DNA from: Hyphochytrium catenoides
Taxonomy: Eukaryota > Protista > Hyphochytriomycota
DNA length: 64,000 nucleotides
Assembly (NCBI GenBank): GCA_900088475.1
Contig: FLMG01001116.1
Location: forward strand, 33,013-97,012
Direction of reading: 5' to 3'
Shown here: positions 1 to 11,119 of the stretch, one piece after another
Numbering within the stretch: the first letter of the stretch is position 1
Layout of the letters: the number at the start of each line of letters is the position of its first letter
Translations under genes and position numbers: made by a program
The notes under the pieces: generated by a model
Told to the model about the DNA's origin: nothing
Seen by the model: only the letters and a program-made list of their open reading frames with translations
The model's database searches: none

Positions 1-180
1 GTCATCAACAGGTAATTGCACTGGAGTTAGTGTGGTATGCTACGGAAGAGAGCCGATCTGTTCGAAGAGCTACTTTTAGGCATGATCAGCCAATCCATGT
101 GAGAAAAGAAGACATTCAGGGCAATAACAACTGTCGCGCTGGCCTCAGGACAAACACGGTTGTTTAAGGCATTAGGAAGC

Positions 181-765
181 ATGATCACCCCAACGATCGC
201 TATAGATTACGAAGCAAAACAAGATGACAAACTAGTGATGCACCGATTGCCATGCACAGTTAATTTCAGCGGCAGCGCAAATGTGGACATGTATTTTCAT
301 CCTGAACGGGACCAACATCAATCTGAAGATAGAACGAAGCTTTACTGTCAATTTAGAGGCCGATTATTGGAAGGCGAGCTAATGCAGCTGCCCTCAGATG
401 TAGAAGGTAAGCGGAGAAACCTCACAGCGCTATACTCTGCTGAAGCTCTGACTAGGTCTGATTCTTGCAGGTTTTGTTTTCCGCGAAGAAGATGCGCAGG
501 AAGCTAACGGCCTCTCTAGACAGTGGCTGGCAGAGAGGCAGTTTAAGCAAATAGTTGAATGGCAAGTGCTACATTCCAGGCTAGCTCACTCAGGCCTAAC
601 ATTCTATTTGGTCCTCACCGTAGGAAGCATGACGAGCCCCCATCAGACTCAGACGTTGTTGCTAAGAGTTTGTTATGGTTAGAGATCTCCAAAGCGGTAG
701 GTTCTGACCTTCCTTTTAGCCTGAAATTCATGACTCAATGCTATTGCTCCTAGCTGCATCTCTAA
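181..765 (+). CDS. RNASEH2C: Ribonuclease H2 subunit C (4 exons: 181-406, 471-561, 624-696, 754-765)
   Basis: The spliced translation contains HRLPCTVNFSGSANVDMYF, FRGRLLEG, EW-K-HDEPPSDSD and WLEISKALH*, which are typical RNase H2C motifs. All junctions keep the frame. Intron 2 is best read as GC-AG. Confidence 0.85.
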
Positions 766-813
766 TCCTCAGCACCGCAACGACCCAGCGTCGTTACGAG
801 ACATGAACAAGAT

Positions 814-2787
814 CTATATCCGAAAAGCAGAAGCTTCGTTATGGGCAGTCTGGTCCTCAGCTGTTTTTATGGGGATGTCAAGAGACTTTTGAAGCCATGT
901 CCTGGCCTCTTCTTTGTTGTTCAGCTTCTGATACACCTGATACATATATGTTGGTAACTGAAGTCTTATATTCGTAGGCTCCACAAGAGCGCTTCGTACT
1001 TACCTTCGCAATCATCAATGAGTTCATCTTCCATGAACCTGGTTTAAGTCGTTCTACCACGCCCATAGCCAGGACTTAGCGCGCTCATACTGTCGAAGCG
1101 CCTTTCACATAATTGTTCCTTACCTGAGTTCAAGAAGTGTTGCAGGGCCTCTTCATAGGTAGCTTCAGGTGGCGCACCAAATAGGGCTGCGGCGGCTCTC
1201 TTTTCAATCCAAGTCATCCTTGAGCATTATCATTGTGCATGTAAGGACAATCCGCCAACACTTTAACTCGGTAAAATAAGAGAACCCTACCCGGCCAGGG
1301 CCCAGCACCATCTTCCAAGAATGTGATGTGAAGCAGGATCTGTGGGATCCAGCTCAATTGCCCTCAGCACAGCTTCCTGTTATACGAACTCAGAACTCCA
1401 TCGACAAGAGCAAAAGAGAGAGAGGGAAACAAACCTTGATTTTGAAAGCATTAGATATTTTTTCCTTGGTAGGGAGAAAATCTGAGGTCGTCCTATGCAG
1501 AGCGTTAGGGGCGTATCCATCACCAGCAACAACAATAAGGTTAAAGGGACCCAATCGGAACTCCATAGCAAAGAGTAACCTACCCAAGCGTTATTGCCTT
1601 CCATTTATGTCCAGCTGCGCAAGTGCTATCAGCCTCAATGGCTTTCTCCGCATACTCCAGGGCCTATTGGGCAAGAATAAGCTCGCTGCACATGTCATCA
1701 CTATAGATTGACTTACACTGTAGTGCATGTTCTTCTTTTCCCCAGGATCTTGCTGCAGCTCCGCAACCTCATAAGTAGCGCGGGATAGACGCCATAGCTA
1801 CGTAGGTCGGCGTCTAATGTCACTCGAGATCATAGACCTGGACTGCTGGAAAACTACGTGCCTTACCACTTCTGCATTCCCAGACTGTCGTCTGTCCTCC
1901 TCCTTTAAGAAGGTGTAAAGTTCAGTGAACTTCTTGTCATCATACATCTGGTCCGCGCCTTTCAGAGACTCTGGGATCTCTCTCGGAGCTGGTGCAACTT
2001 CCAACGCTCGTTGGCGGACCCCATGCGGGGCAGGAAGAAAGTCGGGCGATGGCCCCTTAGGAACCTTCTGCGCCGGCTTAAGTGGTTCAACCTCTACTAC
2101 CGGTGAAAGAAGCCTTTCAACCTCCTCCCTATGAGAAATCAGGCCTGGGATCGTCCCTATAGGCAAGATATTAGAAATGGAAGTAAGTAACGATCCTCTC
2201 AGAGATGCAGACCTGTAATAAGCCCCATTGCAATGTAGACTAGAGGCCAGAAAATTCTGACATCAGCCAACTCCCCTTCCTCCCCGCTTGCGTAGAAAAG
2301 TATGGTGGCTACGCTTAAGACAAGCGCAAGAATCACGACGCCTATGGTGGCAACGAACTGCAGCAGAGTTGTTAGTTATCTATCGAAGCTTCAATGGACG
2401 AGTGAGGATACCCTTACCACCTGGCCAGCTACGAAGGAGGTCAACTCTTGACGCGCCTGCTTGGCGGATATGTTAAACAAGGGTAAGAAACAAGCATATT
2501 TATTTGAGACCTACCTGGCTGAGACCCTCCACGACTGCCCCTGTAGATAGGGTTGCCGCTGCGGCTTCAACCGCTTCTTCGGGCCTGGATGCCTGACTTG
2601 AGCCAGCCTCCTGAGATCGGGGCGTTCCCTCGCCCCTGTCAAGGCTTTCAGCTCGACGCCGTCGACGCCTTCGGGAAGTTCGTCTCTCGTCGTTACGTGT
2701 AGATAAATAGTAGGCTCCTCCGGCAACAACCACCGCACCCGCTGCGGCAAGGGCGAACCAGAGAGCCCTTGGACCTCCGATAGCCAT
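814..2787 (-). CDS. RMDN: Regulator of microtubule dynamics (RMDN/RMD1/PTPIP51-like TPR protein), multi-exon, with N-terminal TM segments
   Basis: Spliced motifs include [99 protein letters not shown] and [11 protein letters not shown]. The stop TAG is at 814-816. Confidence 0.85.
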
Positions 2788-3563
2788 AATATACCGGCCT
2801 GAAGAATACTCACCACGTTAAGTCACGGTAATTCACTCCAAGCTAGTTGCGGTTGTATTGGGATTGAGAAGTGGGGAGTGACCTCCGTGGTGCACCGGAG
2901 CTCACGGTAAATTGCCTTATGACAGACCATGAAGTGCTAACAAGAGCAATCCCTTTCTGCCGAGGCCTTCAAACATCGGACACAGAGTCTGCGTTGTCTG
3001 TTCTTTCGCTTCTTACATGCGGCAAATCCTGGAGAGGGAGCAAGGAAACATAAGCCTTAGCTAGAAACCTAAAGGAAAGTTAAAGGGCTGTAGACACTTT
3101 GCACACTTCCAAAAACCTGCTGTGAATGGAAGCTTTCATTCCTTCACGAAAGAAACTTACCCGTCCCTTCCCTTATTAAGAACGAGAAAGTATAAACGAG
3201 TGCAAACTATTCTTTATTTCCAGACTGGAGCCTTCAAATCCTGAACTGTCAGATCGCATCATCAGAAACTTCGCTTTTCTGATGATCGGGAACTGAATAA
3301 CGGCTGCCGGCTCCGAGCTTCTGCTGCTGATAGTGTCGCCATTAGCTGACCACAGTGGCGCGCTTCCCAAAGCAAAGCTTAGCTGCAGATGCTCTTGGTT
3401 ATTGTGCCTTGGTGTACATCGTACATCAAGAGGCTGATTCCGAGCGAACGATTTCCTGAGGTCCGCTTTCGTTACAATCCTTATCATCCTTGATGGGACG
3501 ACGGTGATATTCTGACTGCGGTATGTTCAAGGAACATTCTATTCTTTCAGCAAAGGACCTGCT

Positions 3564-6076
3564 CTAAGCGGCTTCTAAGTCAACCTTGGGCTGTGGCTTC
3601 CCGACACTGTAGGGACCGCCACGGAATACGTTGCCGATCCTATCCCAAAGCCCTGGATCGCGGGTTGACAGCAGTTGCGACGCCGTAGGTGATCCCACCA
3701 ACGCGTCAATTACGGAAAACTTCCATTCTTTAGCTTCCTTGGTAGCCTCGGTTTTTTGGTCTAGCAGGAAATCCGCAAAACCGCCGTAAGCAAACAGAGT
3801 CTTAACTCCCCAAGAATGAGGCTGGGCTGCCAGGGCGCGGAGCACGTCAAACGAGGCATGTCGCAGCTCTGGGAAGGGCTGCTTCAACTCTGTCATCAAT
3901 ACATCCATGGCTGACGTGTGCTCAGAACGGGCCAAAGCTTCAAAAAATCTCTCCTTGAGCAATTGCGTCTCTTCGTCTGGTAAGAAATAGTCAGAATGGT
4001 GGTGCTTGCGATGGGAAAGATCAGAGCACGCAGATTGGCGGGGACATCGCGCGACTTGTGAGTCAACCCATCGGGGAGATATGAAAAGTCATAGGGAACA
4101 ATAAAAGCATCTCGTTCCATCTTCCTTACCCATGGCGCCGCTATAGGCAGGGGTGTCTGCCGTTATTATGCTTGTCCCTACGATAGTTGCAAGGGAGGTA
4201 CCGGAGGCAAGGACTCGGGCCACCGAAAAGAGGCAGCAAGCCTTCATGTTCGGGCCTCCACTCCAAGCATGTGACAGCCAGGCCTTGACCACAGCTGTGT
4301 CTTCAACAATCAGCCTTAGGGCTGCAGGAGATGATGTAGCAAACGCGGAGAGGGCGTCCATAGCTGCCAGCACCCGAGACATGGAAACAGAAGGATCCTC
4401 CCCGGACGTAGCTGGAGGTAGCAAGGATTAGTACAAAGATAAAAAAGAGACCACGAATGGCAAAAGAACGCAAAGAGGGAGCGGTGGGCGACGATGGACC
4501 CAAGAAACTAGGTATTGTCTTACCATAGCGTAGAGCAGCTCTTAGGAACTTCAAGGTAGTCTCGCGTGAAGAGGACACAAAGACGCTGGAGCCGTGCTTG
4601 GCTGCGGCAGCGCTAAGCTCTCCCACTAGCCTTAGCGCTACAGAGCCCAATAGGGGATCCGCTTCGCTTTCATCACCTATAATGACATGAGAGACCGTCG
4701 GTACCATGGACCACAGTAAGAGCTTATTGGTATCGAGGAGTATGGTTCCAAGGAACTCTTTAGTCTTAACGCAAACTTCAACCAGGAGGAAAGACAGCGC
4801 TGCTAGAGCTCAAGAAGAGTATCAGCCTACCCTGGCCCGCTAGTGCAAGCAATCGTTGCATGATATTTTGCGACAGTATGAAGTGCAGTCCCTCTGCCGA
4901 TGAAGCAAATAGAGGGAGCAGCTCAATGACGTTTACTTGCAGAAGAATGTCCTCGCTGGCAAGTATCTCCATGATTGTAGTAGATACCTGCTCCCGGCAT
5001 ACTTCCATAGCCTCACCAGACGAGACAGCTATCCGTATTAGTACATCCAGCAGTCGGAGCTCCCTGTGCGATGGGTCCTCATGTTCGTGCTCTCCCACCG
5101 GTACTTCCCTTACTTGCTGAAGGCCCTTGAACACCAGGGACCACAGCTTGATGCGGTCTTCGTTTCGTGTCGCCTTAGAGAGAGAGAGGACGAGAGTGCA
5201 GGCCGCATCAGAGACGGGGATGCTCTCATCCAGTATCCTTTGAACTGCAGCTGAGAGCAGATCCACTGGGGAGGTGATCACTTTGTCTGCAAAGTCGGTG
5301 GCACATTCACCTGACCTATATACCAGAAAGACAAAGATTTAAATGGGTAAAGTAACTCTCAGGTGTCTAGATATGGGCAGCGGATGACTGCAAGAGACAG
5401 ATGGTGATGAGGATCTGAAGTGTGAAAGTGATAAGCTTCCAACAAACGGACCAGCTGGAAAAAAGCAACATAAAATAGGACGAGGAGGAAGAAAGAAAGG
5501 TATAGACCAAAGCGTAAGGGGTAAGGCGGAGTTGGAGCGCATGGCAAGGATCAAGTCGTTCGAAACGGTAAGCCCTATAACATGGATCTCAGAGGACAAA
5601 GACGTGGTAAACCTTTGTTCTGACGCTGTCATAGCCCTTGCCATCTGCCTCAGGGTAAACTCTCTGATAGCATGAGCAGGATGATTCATGCCAAACAGAA
5701 GATAGGCGTGAATTTCATGGTTCGCTAATATGGACGGGCCTTCAGGACTCTGGAATACGCGGTCCAAACTTTTCGTTGCTAACTTGAAGGCCTTCTCCTT
5801 AACTGCTGCCTGACGCGTCTGTTCACCGCGTACTGGTGCTACCGAGTCCAAGCAGGCAAAGAGTAATGGGATGGGTACCTTCGAGAGGAAATCACGAATA
5901 ATGTTTAACTCCTTCTCGGTGTCCCTAGCACCAGCCGTCAGAAGGGAGGTGTTCTCTAGCGCTTGAAGCTGCGTCCAAGCCTCTTTAATCGCCTCAGGAG
6001 TAATATCTGCTGTCATAGTAGCTGAAGGGCGAGACTCGAGTGAAGATCCTAATACATCTTCTGTCCCTGCAACCAT
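3564..6076 (-). CDS. PSMD5: 26S proteasome assembly chaperone PSMD5/S5b (Hsm3-like ARM repeat), 5 exons
   Basis: Motifs EDILLQVNVIELL, KQPFPELRHASFDVLRALAAQPHSWG, TEATKEAKEWKFSVI and C-terminal GGPYSV...DLEAA are present, and GT-AG junctions are in frame. The start may instead be the ATG at 6016. Confidence 0.8.
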
Positions 6077-7042
6077 TATCTAAAGCTTCAAGCGTTCTTC
6101 CAGTAGCCTTTCTTTCGGGTCTTCCGCGCTCAGTACGTCCCGTGCCGATCCGACTCCGCAAGAACGATCTACTATAAGATCACCTGCTCCTCTCAGTCTG
6201 TTTGTCTTCAAAGCAGCAAACCTCGCCTTGCAGAGTGTACTATGGGATGCTCATCTCTCTAATTCCTTAGCAGAAGGCTATGGAACGGATGCAAGACCTT
6301 CAACGTGGCTCCTTCCTTGTTTGATCTCCATTGTAATCAAACGTTCGTTGCTGTTCTGATCGAGCTCGAAAAGCCAGCAGCAGAACAGCCGAAGCAGGGC
6401 TGAGGAGCAAAGGATGTCACATGAGGATTCTGAGCAGCAACTTCTTGGTAGATAGATTCAGAACAGGAGGCTCTTTAATTGTATACCAGATATTGCTATA
6501 ACTGATAGATACTATTCTGATCCGCAATATATTGAGTGTAAAACGCGGTCGCACAAACCCACCCCAACTCCTCTGTCTATTTCCTGATTGTTTGTCTGTC
6601 TGTCTGTCTCTGTACTCTCTTTGTAGTTAGTTCTCTAACTCTGTGACATGCTGTGTCTTACACACTTTTTGCCTTTCAATCCGTCACGCTTCCTTCTGTT
6701 TATTACCATAGCACTATTTGTCCCTTTGATCGGACATTGTATCTACCGAGCCACCCTGTGAAGACAGGCTCAGCCGCCATCACGACGGAGACATCATCTT
6801 CATTATCCAAGCGCCTAGTACGGGCGTAGTATAGTCGCTCTCTCTTCTTGAGTGGCCTCCTCTGTATGTGCAGCCAGCAGTCTCCAAGCGGCGGAGTGAG
6901 TGCCTAAAACTGGGGTACCGGCTCTGGTCAGCCACGGAAGCGGCCGAGGAGACAGGTCGGCTCTGCGGGGTTCTGCGGGCCGGGCACCATGTTCTCAGCA
7001 CAGCTTGACAAAAGAGGTCTCTAGGAAGATCCATTGTTGGCC

Positions 7043-10000
7043 ATGGCGGCTCGCTCCCTCAGTAAGGCGGGAAGCTGGTGGCGATCAGGCAATTGGCCTC
7101 TCTGCCACCGCCTAGGGAGGTCGCGGTCGAGGTGTCTCTCTACACAAGACGCTGCTTCCGGTGACCCGTCTTCTCAGTCTGTGCGCCTGCCAGCAGTGCT
7201 GGATGATGCTATTGAACCAACGGTCCCAACAGGTGCGATATGGCGCTAACTTCTCCATGTACCTTTGTTGAGAACCTCACGATGCATTTCTCTGCCAACC
7301 CAGGGCCCGCTGCCCTGAGGTACAAACGACCAAAGGTGATAACCATCTTAGCAGCTAATCGGCCGGGAACAATCGCACAGATCTCGCAGATGCTTTCGTT
7401 CGTGGGCGTGAACATTGAGAGCCTGGTCAGTCGTCCGGTCACAGTCAGGCATATGCATGTTATCTTCATTCAGCTTGAACCTAAACACTACGCCTTCTTA
7501 GGTTGACGTCTTCTGCCACTGCTCACCTTTCTAGACCTAACCCGTGGTCTCCATTTGCCAGACCTTCTAGCGTTGTTATCGACTCTTCCTAACCCTGGCG
7601 TTCCTCTTGGCAGGTTCTAGGACGAACTGATGTCCCAGAACTCTGCCGCATCACCATAACATGCAACCCAACGGATGAGAACCTCAAAAAGATTACCCGT
7701 AAGCTGGAGAAATTGGTAACGTTTTCTTTTCTTTCTTTCTGACGTAAGTTTAACCCTCACCTAGCCTAGATGCGTTCTGACTGCCAAATGATGAACTCTG
7801 CCTTCCCTTATTATCTCTCTCCTCTCCATCCTGTTTTTCTTTGGAGGAGAGCCTCATGCAGTATGGCTCATGAAACCTCTCTTAGGTCTGTGTCGCACTT
7901 TTCAACCTCGTGGATACTCAAGACTCTGTTCCAGCGGCCTCAAAGGAAAGTGAACTGGTAAGATCTGGGTCGCAAGAAGGTTGTGTACGCGTGCTAAGGG
8001 TTGAGTGCGTCTCTCTTTATAGGAAAGGGAGGAAGAGATTGTGGAGCGAGTACTGCTTATGGCCAAGCTGAGAGTGCCGAAAGCTGCAGCAGATAAGAAG
8101 GACTTCATCTCCCTCGCTAACCGTTACCAGGCGAGCATTCTTCATACAGAAGGCAGAGATGGTAAGGTCGGCACTGCGTAAGTCATCAGTATCTCTTCAT
8201 TGGCCCTTGCAGGCACTGCTCGTCTCTAAGTAGCAGTACTATATCTGAGCTGTGCTTATTACTTAGGTGTCCTGCTGTCGTACAAATCTGCAAGCTATCT
8301 CTCGTATACTCTACATCCTTCAAGTAGTATTGCCTTTTCTAAGAATGCTCTCTCCTTTTTTAGGCTAGACTATTCATCGTTTTTCACCTGCCAGAGTCTC
8401 ACCGTTTACGTAGTCCTGTGTGCTGCTCTAAGCCTGTTGCTTCCAAATTCTTAGCAAGTCCCTTTCTCTTCCAGGCAGTAGATTCGTCATCATGTGTGTC
8501 TCTAAGCCTCAGGAGATGCACAAGTTCATAGAGTCTTTGAAGCAGTATGACATCATAGAGCTTAACCGAAGCGGGATAGTGACGATGAACAGCACTCAGA
8601 GTACTCTAAGAAGAAGTTTTGATAGCAGTCGAAATTTTGTGAGAGGACAGGAGCATTTAGAGGCCACCGGAGGGAGAGAAGAAGGAAGTGAAGATGAAGA
8701 GACTAGGGAGACTATGGAGGCGACCAGCACAAACCCGATAGATAGCGGCGCCGGTCAGAATCGGAGCAGAGATAAGAAGAAGCCAGTCATTAAAGCTAGG
8801 GTAGGACCGCCTATGTTTGTCTTCTAGCTTTTCCTTTCCCCTACTGCTTCTCCTGCTCATGTTCTGCCGTCTTACTTCCTTACGGCTACTGGGATTATTC
8901 TTCATCTGAACTGTCCTTCGTCTTCACTTTGACTACTTTCCTTCCTTGTTCGATTGACAAGTTTTTTTTGTTGTTCTGGTAGGTCTTCAGCAGGAATCTT
9001 CTCCTAAAGCACCCACCTGGAAGTCGCATCTATCTCTTACCAGAAACCTCCCAGACAATCAGTACGCCACTCTTACAGTCTGCAGCACAGAGCAGTGATG
9101 CTGTGCCCTCTTCGTCTCCAACAACTTCCTTCTCTTCCGTGGACGATGCAACAATCATGATTACCACGGAGAAAATGTACACAAGATCTGACGGCACGTA
9201 CACCCCTGAGCGCCTCTCTCTTCATGAGAGAATTGCCAATCAGCTCTTCCATTCATACCCACAGGTAGATCCGTGTCCTGTCGTCGCTAATCTCTTACTC
9301 TTCCCGCTGACCTGACATCACGTACAGCGGTCCCTTATCGGTATACACTGTTGAGACCCCTACTTGCGTTCTCCGCTACCAGTCAGGGTTACTCTGTGGC
9401 CCGCTTTTGGCGCGGTGTAAGACGTTTCTCTTCATCTTGTCTCACATGTTGGCTATTCCTGGTGTCTTAGGGTCTTGCCAAGCCGGAGATGCTACTTCTG
9501 ATTGGTACCCCCGGCGCCGGGAAGAATACGGTTCTACTGTCTACTCTGCTTCCCTCAGTGCTGAAGTACAAGTCTATTCGAAACTATGTGAACTTGGACG
9601 TCGATGACTGCCTTGCCATGCTCCCGGAATACTACCATCCAGTGCTGGATATTGGCTTAGGAAGACATGGGCCCCCACAGGTAGGACGACAAAGTTGAAA
9701 GGGAAGGACGAAAGAGGATGTTGCGTGTTGCGAATGGGAACAGATCTCCCTTCGATCAGTGATTGTAAGCTTCAGGTAGAATTAGTCGCGAAGGTTCGAA
9801 TGCTAAAGGTTCATCAACCTTCGCCTACTCATGCGCTCGTGCTTTGCTGTTTCCCGTAACCATCGGCCTTCGCGTTATCTAGGAGGAGCTATTGGTACCC
9901 CTTCCGACCACGGCCTTTGCAGACCGCGACCCACACACACGTTATGCCATGTGTCGCGATGAGGCGAAGTTTATTATCCGGAAGAACAGGGACGCGGCAA

Positions 10001-10560
10001 TTATGGCGAGGAAGAATATCATAGTGCATTCAACCGGCAAAGACTCTTCAGAGCTGATGAGGTTGATCCGTCAGGTGGGTGAAAAGCATTCGAATGGGGC
10101 TACGCAGTAATGACATAGAGCAGAGAGGTAGCGTGAAGTGACTTAGTGGCGCGAAAAGTGAGGGGCAGCCAAGGATTTGGTTATAAGCTACCTCCTACCG
10201 GCAGCGCTCCAGCAGAGAGCTTACATATCTGATACTGGTGTATGTCGCTTACATTTGCCATAGGTTAAGGCTACGGGTTACGTGATACACCTGTGTTGCG
10301 TCGATGTCCCGACAGAGGTTGCGATAGAACGAGTAAAGTGCCGCAGCAATATTTATGGCAGAGATGTTCCTGAAGACGTAGTGCAGTATGCAGCGGCGTC
10401 TCTCGTGCCAAACTTCACGCGAATGGCTCGCGTGGTGGACAACATCTACCTTTATGATAACACTGTGCGACCACCGAAGCTGGTCTGGAGCCAGCTGGGA
10501 GGGCGTAGCACAGCGTGGGATCCCCGTCATCGACTGATCAGTAAATATCATCTGCGGTAA
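7043..10560 (+). CDS. Fusion protein: mitochondrial-type presequence + acetolactate synthase small/regulatory subunit (ACT + ALS_ss_C) + linker + zeta-toxin-like P-loop kinase; 643 aa
   Basis: Exons 7043-7232, 7304-7425, 7614-7715, 7886-7957, 8023-8161, 8475-8800, 8983-9264, 9471-9680, 9883-10074 and 10264-10560 total 1932 nt; all introns are GT-AG and in frame. IlvH-like motifs: ILAANRPGTIAQISQMLSFVGVNIESL, ELCRITI, KITRKLEKLV, VERVLLMAKL, IIELNRSGIVTM. Zeta-like motifs: GTYTPERLSLHERI, LLIGTPGAGKNT, NLDVDDCLAMLPEY, NIIVHST, GYVIHLCCVDVPTEVAIERVKCR...GRDVP, IYLYDNT. Confidence 0.8.
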
Positions 10561-11119
10561 CAAGTGAGCCCGCAGCAAAGCTCAACCAGAGCTCCACATA
10601 GAGGATGAGAATTGTGAGGTTCTGAATAAAACGCTATATATCCCTAATGGCCTCTTCTGTCAGAACACGACCGCCGAATCACTCCACAAAGCCCAAGAAA
10701 TATTGTATAGTTGAATAATGTGGATGGGAATCAGAAGCTGCTAGGCTCAGGGATTCTGAATACTAGAGTGGCAAGGCTGGTCTAAGTGCATGAAACGATT
10801 CGCAGCCCTTCGCCAGCTCCTCACGAGGCTTTGCTCTTCATCTTCTCTCTCATGCAGCTTCTGTCCTCGTACCTCTAGGTGTCTGCCGCCACCTCGACCC
10901 CTGTAGGCCTATAGACAGCCCAGTGATCTTCTGTTGGCGTTGAGGACTTGGACGCTGACCTCACTTCGATCCAGAAGCAACAGACACAGACAGACGAGTT
11001 CAGACTCAAGGGAAGCGAGGACGCAAGACTCAGCGTAAGAAGGACCGCGACGAGAAGGGCATCGCAGAGGTGAACGGATGCACTCAGTTAGCGAGTGAAA
11101 GACCAGCAGCTTGAGATAA

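Noticed and set aside
9780-9810. ggttcgaat T-loop-like motif
   Set aside because: No cloverleaf can be built, and it lies inside an intron.
7043-10560. Zeta domain as part of a bacterial epsilon/zeta toxin-antitoxin contaminant
   Set aside because: The domain is split by spliceosomal introns, joined in frame to the IlvH module, and flanked by eukaryote-specific genes, with no antitoxin ORF nearby.
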